From positions 62,001 through 126,000 of IMG/VR virus record IMGVR_UViG_3300007513_000004: a DNA stretch of 64,000 nucleotides; one strand, 5' to 3'. Below, piece after piece: positions 44,877 through 53,630 of this stretch (its first letter is position 1; each line of letters begins with the position of its first letter). The notes beneath the pieces were generated by a model. The model did not search any database, was not told the DNA's origin, and saw only the letters and a program-made list of their open reading frames with translations. A program made the position numbers and the translations under genes.

Positions 44877-47161
44877 TTAGATTTAAGAGCTGCGACTTCT
44901 GCCTGAAGCTCTTCGATCATAACTTGCTGCTCTTGAATTGCAGAGACAAGAAATGGAAGAATTCCGTTAAAGTCTAAACTCAACGGCTTACCATCAAACT
45001 CTGGATCTAAATCTTTCGGATCCAAAACAAGATCTGGAACAAGCTCTGCAATCTCTTGCGCTATAAATCCATACTTGCTCTTATTAAGAGCAACGTCATT
45101 TATGCCTGGCTTTAGTCTGTTGGCTAAAAATTCTTCATTCCAATTATAAGAGACTGCTCGCATTCCGAGAACTTTTTCTAAACCATTATCTATGGTAGAT
45201 ATATTTGTTTTCATATTTCTATCTGAAAGATAACTAATAGAGGAAATAATGCCTACGCCTATCGATATTGCACCGTTTGATGCTATAGTAAAGTCTCCGA
45301 TATCTCCGGATATAGCCCCAGAAGTTGCAACATTCATATACCCCATTGCCACCGACCCATTAGCAGCTACGGATATCTGACCTATATCTACCGCAGAAGT
45401 TATATCTCCACTGCCATTCATTGTAAAGCCATTGTCAAAAACAACTCCGCCACCGACCTGGGTCACAACGGAGGATGCAAACTGAGCATAATCACCTATA
45501 TGATCTACGCCTCCAGAGCTATACATATCCATGCCATTAAATTTGAGTTCTTCTGTAGCATGAGACAAATTATAAGTTGATGTATTAAATCTTAAATTGC
45601 CCATATACTCTGTGCTTCCAGAGCTATACATGTCCATGCCATTCATCTTGATATTTGCTGAAACATGAGACAAGTCATAAGTTGATGTATCAAATCTTAA
45701 ACTGCCCATATAATCTGTATTTCCAGATCTATACACATCCAAGCCATTAACGGTAAAGTCTCCAGAGTCTAAGTACATATCCAATGTTGATGTATTAAAT
45801 CTTAAGTTTCCAAACTCAAAAATACCTGCATCCATCCGGAAGGGCAAAGTGTTAATACTTATCATATCCGGAATGCCAAGATCTTTAATTCCATCGTCCC
45901 AATTTAGAAAAGATACATCAATCAAACCAATATCATATGCATTGGTTGATATATTGGAAGCCATGTCGGTAATGCTTTCGCCATCGAACATAAGACCCCC
46001 TAAGTCGCTTGTAAGATCCCTTGTTACAGTATTAAACTTTAAGTCTCCAATCATAAAGTCATTACCATCCAGCCCCCAGGCTTGGCCATTGATTGTTCCA
46101 AGACCGGTTGAGAAGGTTAAGGCTCCATCAAGCACGCTCAGCATATCAGCATCTTTTAGAGTTATATTGCCCATCGACTGGTGGCCACCATAAGCTCTCA
46201 ACTCAATGCCCCCTGTTCTAAAGAACTGCGACTCATCAATTGGATTCATGCCCAAGTTATCTTGATCAACTCGAAGAATCATTCCAATATCATTGGCTAT
46301 ATCTCCAAATCTAAGAGTATAGGGATTATCCTCTGGCGGGCCTTCCCAGGGGCCTGGCATCCCCGGCCAATCTATAACAAACATATCCGTTAAATCTATA
46401 TGAAGATATTCATCCCATGCTATATAGTTTTCTGGATTGAATTGAAACTTTGGAAACAAAGTAGATTCATCAAATTGAATCCCGCCTTGAAAATCATTAG
46501 CACCATCATAAACGCCAAAGGAAGGGCCGTCAACCTTGATGGTATAGCCTCCAGGGGTGTCGGCAATTAACGATCCGGTAACTTCGCCCGTAAGGTCTCC
46601 CGTCACATTGGCATACAGCCTTCCATTTCCACTGTTAAGAGATATGTTTCCAGTGCTTGCATCACAAGTAATTTTAGAAGATGTTTTTGGTCCCAAGCCC
46701 GAGTGGGAAGCTGCTGTCCAAATGCCCAGATAAGAGCTAGAGTTTGTTGTCGTGGAAACTGATATGGTATCAGGAATGATATTTGCGCTACCGTCAAAAG
46801 ATACTCCTCCAATGGTTCTTGCAGTTTCTAAAATAGTTGCTGCGGCAGCAATAGTTGCTGTAGCAGCGTTGCCCGTGCAGGAGCTTGATGATCCAGTCAC
46901 ATTGCCTGTCACATCCCCTGTTACATCCCCTGTAAACCCACCAGTTGCGGATACGGCCCCAGAAGCAGTCAGGCTTGCTGCAGAAATAGCGCTCGAAGAA
47001 GCTGTTATGCTTCCGCTGCTCACAATCAAACCGCCGCTGCTTATTGTTAGGCCAGACGCCAACTCCAAAGCTCCGCCAAACTCTATATCGTTGGCATCAA
47101 GAGTTATACTCCCATCTGTTACTTTTATAGTGTGACTGCCCGAATATCTATCCGTTGACAT
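44873..47161 (-). CDS. Tail fibre with C-terminal intramolecular chaperone (peptidase S74)
   Basis: GDVTG repeats, ARTIGGVSFDGSANI, ~30-aa internal repeats, SDRNMKTNI...GFIAQE...LVSAIQE. Confidence 0.88.
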   Translation of the reverse strand: MSTDRYSGSHTIKVTDGSITLDANDIEFGGALELASGLTISSGGLIVSSGSITASSSAISAASLTASGAVSATGGFTGDVTGDVTGNVTGSSSSCTGNAATATIAAAATILETARTIGGVSFDGSANIIPDTISVSTTTNSSSYLGIWTAASHSGLGPKTSSKITCDASTGNISLNSGNGRLYANVTGDLTGEVTGSLIADTPGGYTIKVDGPSFGVYDGANDFQGGIQFDESTLFPKFQFNPENYIAWDEYLHIDLTDMFVIDWPGMPGPWEGPPEDNPYTLRFGDIANDIGMILRVDQDNLGMNPIDESQFFRTGGIELRAYGGHQSMGNITLKDADMLSVLDGALTFSTGLGTINGQAWGLDGNDFMIGDLKFNTVTRDLTSDLGGLMFDGESITDMASNISTNAYDIGLIDVSFLNWDDGIKDLGIPDMISINTLPFRMDAGIFEFGNLRFNTSTLDMYLDSGDFTVNGLDVYRSGNTDYMGSLRFDTSTYDLSHVSANIKMNGMDMYSSGSTEYMGNLRFNTSTYNLSHATEELKFNGMDMYSSGGVDHIGDYAQFASSVVTQVGGGVVFDNGFTMNGSGDITSAVDIGQISVAANGSVAMGYMNVATSGAISGDIGDFTIASNGAISIGVGIISSISYLSDRNMKTNISTIDNGLEKVLGMRAVSYNWNEEFLANRLKPGINDVALNKSKYGFIAQEIAELVPDLVLDPKDLDPEFDGKPLSLDFNGILPFLVSAIQEQQVMIEELQAEVAALKSN

Positions 47162-47189
47162 TACATCTCCTTATACAAGATATTACCTT

Positions 47190-47756
47190 TTAATAGTAGA
47201 CTTGATTCATCTGCTCTATTCGCCTTTTAATACGTCTTTTGAGCTTTTTAATTTTACGAGTATACATATCTCTTTTAAGCTTGCTAACCTTATCCAGCAA
47301 GGTTACTCCATCCAAATGATCTAATTCATGCTGAACAACAACAGCTTCGGCCCCAAAGAGTTCCTCTTCCTTTTCTTCGCCAAGCGGAGTTACATACTGA
47401 ACCTTTATTGACTCGCTTCTTTCGACATCAAGTATAAATCCCGGCAGGGATAGGCACCCCTCCTGAAAGGTTATGGTTTCTTCCGATTTGCTAACAACTT
47501 TTGGATTTACCATCATCAACGGATTCGATCCAGCATCTGCAACAAGAAGTCTTCTTGAGTCTCCAACCTGAATGCCGGCAAGCCCAACCCCATTTAGCTC
47601 ATACATCTTACTCAACATACCCTTCATGTGGGCCTCTAACTCTTCTCCCAAATCATCCTCATGAACATCATCGCTCACATCTCTAAGGCTAGAACTGGGT
47701 GCAAAAACAATATTTACTTCACTCATAATAATTTCTCCTTTCATCATTTGTATCAA
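47190..47756 (-). CDS. def: Peptide deformylase
   Basis: GVGLAGIQ, EGCLS, QHELDHLDG; likely start at MSEVNI (47726). Confidence 0.95.
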   Translation of the reverse strand: MIQMMKGEIIMSEVNIVFAPSSSLRDVSDDVHEDDLGEELEAHMKGMLSKMYELNGVGLAGIQVGDSRRLLVADAGSNPLMMVNPKVVSKSEETITFQEGCLSLPGFILDVERSESIKVQYVTPLGEEKEEELFGAEAVVVQHELDHLDGVTLLDKVSKLKRDMYTRKIKKLKRRIKRRIEQMNQVYY

Positions 47757-47970
47757 TAATCCATCCAGCTATTGAAGAAGCAGTATCTACAAATAGGAAT
47801 GGAAATATAGCGTGTATAAGACATACTACTCCAGCGAACAAAAGAGATATGCTAAAAAATATTGCAACAACACAATGTTTTATATATGACTCTCCAACGC
47901 TATTAGGGTGTTCTGTAAATAATCTTTTAAAAGATTTAAAAACATCTTTTAAAAATTCTTTCATTATCAA
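47719..47970 (-). CDS. DUF6356-like small membrane protein
   Basis: FTEHPNSVGESYIKH...IHAIFPFLF..TAS. Confidence 0.75.
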   Translation of the reverse strand: MIMKEFLKDVFKSFKRLFTEHPNSVGESYIKHCVVAIFFSISLLFAGVVCLIHAIFPFLFVDTASSIAGWIIDTNDERRNYYE

Positions 47971-48497
47971 TCCTCATATATAGATCCTTCGAAATCGTAT
48001 CTGGCCTCTTTCCCATTAAAGAACCCTATTCTCGCATCCAACTCTACTCCGTCAACTTCGTTGATTCCCACGCCAAGTAATTCATTCGAATAAACAGGGC
48101 TGGTTTCCTCTGTGGTTGACACTGTTATATGAGGAATGCTGTTTGAAGAGGCTACCCCAGCAACCATAACGGCCTGGCCTCGATCATCTTCATTGTATCC
48201 AATAATTTTTAACTTAACAATCTTTCCATCTATTGGCAAAGCTAGAACCTCTTCTTCCGATGGTTTAAACTTTATAGTCATATGGTGCATAAAATGCTTA
48301 GAATGAAGCTCCTTCTGAACTACGGTTCCCCACCAATTTTCCAACATTTCTTTACCAGATGGTGTTAAAAATGCCGCAGTATATAAGGCTTTCTTTTTCT
48401 TTTTTGCATATTTTATAATTTCTTCTACAGACTTTAAATATGCAGAGCCACCTTCTTTTTCTATTTTATCTTTTAATTCCTCTAATGCTTTAATCAT
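47967..48497 (-). CDS. 2H phosphoesterase (cyclic phosphodiesterase-like), with divergent tag
   Basis: Two HxT motifs, HHMTIKF and PHITVS; N-terminal MIKALEELKDKIEKEGG...EEIIKYA. Confidence 0.8.
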   Translation of the reverse strand: MIKALEELKDKIEKEGGSAYLKSVEEIIKYAKKKKKALYTAAFLTPSGKEMLENWWGTVVQKELHSKHFMHHMTIKFKPSEEEVLALPIDGKIVKLKIIGYNEDDRGQAVMVAGVASSNSIPHITVSTTEETSPVYSNELLGVGINEVDGVELDARIGFFNGKEARYDFEGSIYED

Positions 48498-50848
48498 ATT
48501 ATCTCCATATTATCTAAATAATCTGCCTCTTCAATAAGGCCTCTCTCATCTAACTCGTTTGCTACTGTAATTAATTTTTTTAATATACTCACTTTATCAT
48601 TCGACGCCTTTACTCGAAGCGATTCTTTGGGTTTAGCGCTAATGCTTACTCTATAAATAGTTACTTTTGAATGAAGATCTGGACCATAAACGTTTTCTAG
48701 TATATTATTTACATCATTTATATATTTCAAATTATCGTCATAAAATTTTATTGAACTTACAGAATCTTGCTGTGCAATTTGTCCAATTATATGCGCCTTA
48801 TATTTTCCACTAGAAATATTGGTTGGCTTTGTAAATATAGATATAGGAAGCTTAAGGCCAACGCTTGTGAGTCGATCCATTATACCCTCTGCCATACCTT
48901 CTCTTGTTTCTCTTGCTGTCAATATAACGGCGTTATCACTATGAGTCTTGTATGTGTTTAAAATCTCTTCATTCGGTATGGTCCCCAATGTTTTAGGGCT
49001 TTGATAAAACACAGCGTCTCCAGCTACAACCGCTTGCTCGGGAACATACTTGCCCCTTAAATCAAATGCTTTCAAATTTTTTGATGAAAAATATTTTTTC
49101 AACATCGGAATTCCTATTGGGCTTCCGCTTTCGTCGGAAAGAACAAACACTACCTGCCTATCCTTTCCAAGCATAGGTAAATCCACAATCCTCTTTATAA
49201 GCCTAAGGTTTCCCACCTCTTGCCTATATGAGTCTGCCAACCCTTGTATTTCTTTTCCCTTTTTATCTTTTTTGATTAATTCTACATGATTTTCATTAGC
49301 TCTTTGCACAAAAGAAATAGCCTTATGAAACATATTTGGAAGGTCCATGTCTACAGAGGTTGCATCACCCTCCTCGTTGGTCTCCACTATAGTGTGCCAC
49401 TCAGGAGTCCAGAACAGTGTGTCATCCATATCAAAAATATACACTTCTCCACTAAGCGGTGGAATAGGTATATTTAGTGGATTTTCTATTTTATCACCAT
49501 TCAAAGAATGCGCTTTTTTTATATGATTATTTAAAAAATTAGTCTCAGAAAATTTTCCAAGTTTGCTTAATTCTAAAGAAAGCTTAATCAATTTTTCTGT
49601 TATATCAGAACTGGCCTCAGATATTCCTTCAGTATTCTCTGGATTTTTTTCAAAATAAGCATCAACCTCAGCGCTCCTAATGGCTTCGCCCATCTCTGGC
49701 CCAGGCTTCATACCTCCCGCTATAAGATCTCGCGCAGATACAACCGGTGGGGCAGATGCAAAGTTTATAAACTTATTAAAGTCCTGCCCTATAGCCCCTC
49801 CAAAGTCCATTATTGCCTCGTTGCTCATAATTGTCTTTGAAGCTTTTTTCATTCGTATCAACTCTCTCTTTAGTCCGATTAAACTTTCGGCATTTAATTT
49901 AGTTAAATTTAAGAGAAATTTTACAGAATCTTTTATATCATTTCCATATTTCTTTTGAAACAAAACATTAGCTACATCGCTACTATTGTTTTCTTGAAGA
50001 ATCGTAGCAAGTTGAACAGCAACATTTCTGCTTGAAGATATTGCTTTAGAAACTTTTAATCCTGGCAATATTTGTGGAAACAAATCAAAATCTTTTAACA
50101 TATTAATATAATGAGATGGAGACTTTGATGTTTTAATTCCTTTTTTTACTTCATCCTGAATTCTTTCATCAGAAACCGCTGCTTCACTATTCTCTGTAAG
50201 TGAATTATTACTTCTAATTGCATTAGCAGTTTCTTCATCAACCTCTCCGCCCATTCTTCCTGCAAATCTAAAGGCTCTAAGGATTCTTAAACGATCTTCT
50301 CCGAATCTTTCATCAGGATCTCCAACGGTTCTTATAACCTCATTCTTAATGTCGTCTATTCCACCAACATAGTCAACGACCTCTCCCGCAACTCCATCCT
50401 CCCTCTCTTTGCGTGTTGGAATTCTATAAAACAAAGCATTTATGGTGAGATCTCGACGCATTGCGTCATCTTTTATTGATAACGGATTCTCTTTTGTGGA
50501 AAGGGTGGCCTCACCACCCATCCTGGTTCCGCGCTCTACTCGATATGGAGCAAATTCATACTCGTTTCCATCATAAGCTATCATCCTTGCTACTGCGAAT
50601 GACTTTTCGCCCTGAACCCCTATGCGCTTAACGTACGGGCTTAAAATTCTAATGACATCTTCCGGAGTTGCGTTTGTTGCTATATCATAATCCTTTGGAG
50701 ACTTTCCAAGAATGGTGTCCCTTACTGCTCCTCCAGCAATGTACATTTCAAATCCAGCAGAAGCCATTACATCCCTTAGTTGATAAAGGCTTTCAGGAAT
50801 TTCCATAGGAATTTCCATTATAATTGGATTATCAAAAGCTTCAGACAT
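48494..50848 (-). CDS. cca: Class II tRNA nucleotidyltransferase (CCA/poly(A) polymerase family) fused via a tag to an RNA-repair-type HAD phosphatase
   Basis: GGAVRD..LG..PKDYDIAT, RRDLTINAL, EDRLRILRAFRF, ERI..E; then FDMDDTLF, ILTAR, K, FYDD (HAD); internal and C-terminal tags. Confidence 0.85.
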   Translation of the reverse strand: MSEAFDNPIIMEIPMEIPESLYQLRDVMASAGFEMYIAGGAVRDTILGKSPKDYDIATNATPEDVIRILSPYVKRIGVQGEKSFAVARMIAYDGNEYEFAPYRVERGTRMGGEATLSTKENPLSIKDDAMRRDLTINALFYRIPTRKEREDGVAGEVVDYVGGIDDIKNEVIRTVGDPDERFGEDRLRILRAFRFAGRMGGEVDEETANAIRSNNSLTENSEAAVSDERIQDEVKKGIKTSKSPSHYINMLKDFDLFPQILPGLKVSKAISSSRNVAVQLATILQENNSSDVANVLFQKKYGNDIKDSVKFLLNLTKLNAESLIGLKRELIRMKKASKTIMSNEAIMDFGGAIGQDFNKFINFASAPPVVSARDLIAGGMKPGPEMGEAIRSAEVDAYFEKNPENTEGISEASSDITEKLIKLSLELSKLGKFSETNFLNNHIKKAHSLNGDKIENPLNIPIPPLSGEVYIFDMDDTLFWTPEWHTIVETNEEGDATSVDMDLPNMFHKAISFVQRANENHVELIKKDKKGKEIQGLADSYRQEVGNLRLIKRIVDLPMLGKDRQVVFVLSDESGSPIGIPMLKKYFSSKNLKAFDLRGKYVPEQAVVAGDAVFYQSPKTLGTIPNEEILNTYKTHSDNAVILTARETREGMAEGIMDRLTSVGLKLPISIFTKPTNISSGKYKAHIIGQIAQQDSVSSIKFYDDNLKYINDVNNILENVYGPDLHSKVTIYRVSISAKPKESLRVKASNDKVSILKKLITVANELDERGLIEEADYLDNMEII

Positions 50849-50881
50849 TACTCTTCCTTTGCCTTAGCTTTTTTTAATATA

Positions 50882-51139
50882 CTATAAAGCTGCTGAGCTT
50901 TTAACCAGGAGTGTGGGTGCATGTAATTCCTCTCTTAATAAAAATTCTATTGAACTAAGAGTATATCCAAGAGAGCTTGGGCATCCATGACACCCTCCCA
51001 TAAAATCAAGCGTAATCTCCCAACTATCTCCGCATGGATCTATGCTGTTTAACTCAACATATCCGCCATGCGAGGCTAAGCCTGGGTTTATTTGCTCATC
51101 TATTATCTTTATAACATCATCTTTTATCTTGCAAGACAT
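50882..51139 (-). CDS. NifU-C/NfuA-like Fe-S carrier
   Basis: INPGLASHGGYVEL, GGCHGCPSS. Confidence 0.88.
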   Translation of the reverse strand: MSCKIKDDVIKIIDEQINPGLASHGGYVELNSIDPCGDSWEITLDFMGGCHGCPSSLGYTLSSIEFLLREELHAPTLLVKSSAAL

Positions 51140-51186
51140 AATATACCTTTAAGTTCGTAAATTATAAAATAATTAATAGAGGAAAA

Positions 51187-53268
51187 CTATACAGTTTTCA
51201 TTATATTTCTACACTTTGGAAAGCCGGAGCACCCATAAAACTTCCCATACTTTCCCGTTCTTTCTACCATCTCACTCTTCTTACACTTCGGACAAGTTAC
51301 ACCCGTCTTTTTTACCTTCGGCTTTTTCTTTACGACAACTTCTTCATTTTCGCCTATTGCTGCTGTAAACTTACATGCAGGATATGACTTGCACCCGTAA
51401 AAATCACCGTTTCTTCCGGCTCTCCTTATTAAAATATTTGAACAGTCTGGACACTTATGTCCGGTTTCTATCGCTTCTTTCGCCTTATCTTCTCCGCTTA
51501 TTGAAAGTGTTCCGTCACAATTCGGCCAGTCTAAACATCCCAAGAACGGACCATGTTTCGATATCTTTTTAACCATTTTAGAAGAGCACTTTGGACACTC
51601 AACATCTACAACAAAAGCGTCTGGAAGACTCGATGTTGTCGCACTATTGATTTGAGAATCTAGATCTTCATTAAATAACTTAAGAGTATCTATATAATCA
51701 AGCTGACCATCTGCTATCTTGTCTAAGTTTTGCTCCATTCTAGAAGTAAACTTTGTATCAACAATGGATGGAAAATTTGCAGATAAATAATCAGAAACCA
51801 TTATTCCGATCTCAGTGGCCGCTAATGATTTCTTCTGTCTTTCTACATACTTCCTCTTTAATAACGTATCTATAATTGAAGCATACGTACTTGGCCTTCC
51901 AACGCCTTCTTTTTCTAACATCTTAACAATTGATGCATCAGAAAATCTGGGCGGAGGCTTTGTAAAGTGTTGTGAAGGAATAACTTCATCCCATGGTAAT
52001 TTTTGACCAACCGAAAGAACAGGAAGTATGACATCACTCTTGGTCTCTCCATAAACCTTTAAGAAGCCGTCGAAAATTAATGTACTTCCATTCTTTTTAA
52101 AGTTGTATGCATCCTTTTTCCCAGGATACTTCAATTTCACAGCGACTTGTTCAAATTGTGCATCTGTCATTTGAGATGCTGTAAACCTATCGTCAATTAA
52201 CTTTAAAAGCTTTTTCTCATCCGAATTCAAAGCAGATACCGGCGAGTCATAAGTAGGCCTGATAGCTTCGTGCGCATCTTGCGATGAAGACTTTGGTCCA
52301 TAATTTATAGTATTTGCAGATAAATACTTTTTACCATGATCATTCTTTATCTTTACTCTAAGGTCTTTTATTTTTTGCGGATCAGACCTAGTGCTATCAG
52401 TTCTGTGATATGTAATCAATCCGTTACCAAACAAACTTTGTGCAATACTCATAGTCTTTTTTGCACCCCAGCCGAAGCTGTTGCTCGCAGCCTGTTGAAG
52501 TGTAGAGGTTATAAAGGGAGGGGCAGGTTTTCTGCTCCTCTTTTTGTTTGTATGCTCTGTAACAACAAGGTCTAACTTATCACCATTCATAGCAGAAACA
52601 ATCTTATCTGCTTCAGCTTTATTCTTTATCTTAAAATCTTTGCCGTTAACTCCCCAGAAATCTACATTAAATCCAGAATTTGTTTCAACAATTATTTCCC
52701 AATATTCCTCTGGAGTAAAGGCTCTTATCTCCTTTTCTCTATCGGAGATAACCTTAAGAGCCACAGACTGCACTCTGCCAGCGCTGGTGCCTCTAAGGCC
52801 CTTGTTCCACATAACAGGGCTAACCTTAAAGCCAACAAGCCTGTCGGTTATCCTGCGAGCCTGCTGTGCATTATATAGATTGTCATCCAGTATTTCTGGA
52901 TTCTTAATAGCTTTCTTTACAGCTTCTTTGGTTATTGCGTTAAACCTTGTACGATGAACCTTAACTCCTCGTTTTGGCAACAAGGTTGCCAAGTGAAAAG
53001 CGATTGCTTCACCCTCCCTATCCGGGTCTGTTGCTATATAGATAACTTCGTGATTTTTTGCTTCACGTTTTATTTCTTTCGCAATATCTTTTTTATCTGT
53101 ATTTACTTTGTATGTTGCTTCAAACGTTTCTATGTCTATACCCATCTGCTTTTTGGACAGATCCATAATGTGACCAACGGAGGCCATAATGGTATAGCTA
53201 TTTCCAAGAATTTTTCTTAGTTTAGAAATCTTATTTGGAGACTCTATAAGTACGAGTGGCATGATCAA
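51187..53268 (-). CDS. topA: DNA topoisomerase I (type IA) with C-terminal zinc ribbons
   Basis: IESPNK, ASVGHI, ATDPDREGEAIA, SAGRVQS, ITYHRTD, QDAHEAIRPT, GRPSTY, three C4 ribbons. Confidence 0.97.
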   Translation of the reverse strand: MIMPLVLIESPNKISKLRKILGNSYTIMASVGHIMDLSKKQMGIDIETFEATYKVNTDKKDIAKEIKREAKNHEVIYIATDPDREGEAIAFHLATLLPKRGVKVHRTRFNAITKEAVKKAIKNPEILDDNLYNAQQARRITDRLVGFKVSPVMWNKGLRGTSAGRVQSVALKVISDREKEIRAFTPEEYWEIIVETNSGFNVDFWGVNGKDFKIKNKAEADKIVSAMNGDKLDLVVTEHTNKKRSRKPAPPFITSTLQQAASNSFGWGAKKTMSIAQSLFGNGLITYHRTDSTRSDPQKIKDLRVKIKNDHGKKYLSANTINYGPKSSSQDAHEAIRPTYDSPVSALNSDEKKLLKLIDDRFTASQMTDAQFEQVAVKLKYPGKKDAYNFKKNGSTLIFDGFLKVYGETKSDVILPVLSVGQKLPWDEVIPSQHFTKPPPRFSDASIVKMLEKEGVGRPSTYASIIDTLLKRKYVERQKKSLAATEIGIMVSDYLSANFPSIVDTKFTSRMEQNLDKIADGQLDYIDTLKLFNEDLDSQINSATTSSLPDAFVVDVECPKCSSKMVKKISKHGPFLGCLDWPNCDGTLSISGEDKAKEAIETGHKCPDCSNILIRRAGRNGDFYGCKSYPACKFTAAIGENEEVVVKKKPKVKKTGVTCPKCKKSEMVERTGKYGKFYGCSGFPKCRNIMKTV

Positions 53269-53287
53269 CTCCTTTTGCCATAAAATA

Positions 53288-53350
53288 ATACCAACGAGAT
53301 TAATACTTGTCTATAAAAATTTACAAGTTTTTATTAAATCTCGTTGGTAT
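53288..53350. repeat. Long inverted repeat/hairpin upstream of topA
   Basis: Perfect 14-bp arms ataccaacgagatt (53288-53301) / aatctcgttggtat (53337-53350), with inner pairing acttgt/acaagt. Confidence 0.8.
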
Positions 53351-53377
53351 ATATTTGTATAAGTATATGATTCTAGC

Positions 53378-53572
53378 TTAAAAAGCCTCCTGTAGAATCG
53401 TGGCTAATTGTTCTCTATCCTGTCTCTCAAGAAACGGCATTGCTTCTTTCATAGGCATAAGGAATCTATTTTTATTAAAATATTTTATTAAAATATACTC
53501 CAGGAACATAATGGATTTAGTATCTCGTTGGACATTAAGACGACTTAGTGCGTCTATGAAGGTTTTTTCCAT
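53378..53572 (-). CDS. Small hypothetical protein
   Basis: GGAGG RBS, 64 aa. Confidence 0.6.
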   Translation of the reverse strand: MEKTFIDALSRLNVQRDTKSIMFLEYILIKYFNKNRFLMPMKEAMPFLERQDREQLATILQEAF

Positions 53573-53630
53573 GCCACCCTCCTTTGGAAAAGATCAGAAA
53601 GCTTGATGCTTTCAATATATAATCTTTTTA

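Noticed and set aside
45480-45815. ~90-bp imperfect repeats in the tail fibre as possible DGR template/variable repeats
   Set aside because: They are tandem, in-frame structural repeats. Differences are not adenine-specific, and no reverse transcriptase is in the window.
9931-49618. Tag as a DNA-level mobile or palindromic element inserted in-frame (RPE/MITE-like)
   Set aside because: Copies share only short nucleotide stretches (e.g. gcaaatgaattagac) and differ at synonymous sites. No terminal inverted repeats or target duplications were seen, so conservation is at the protein level.
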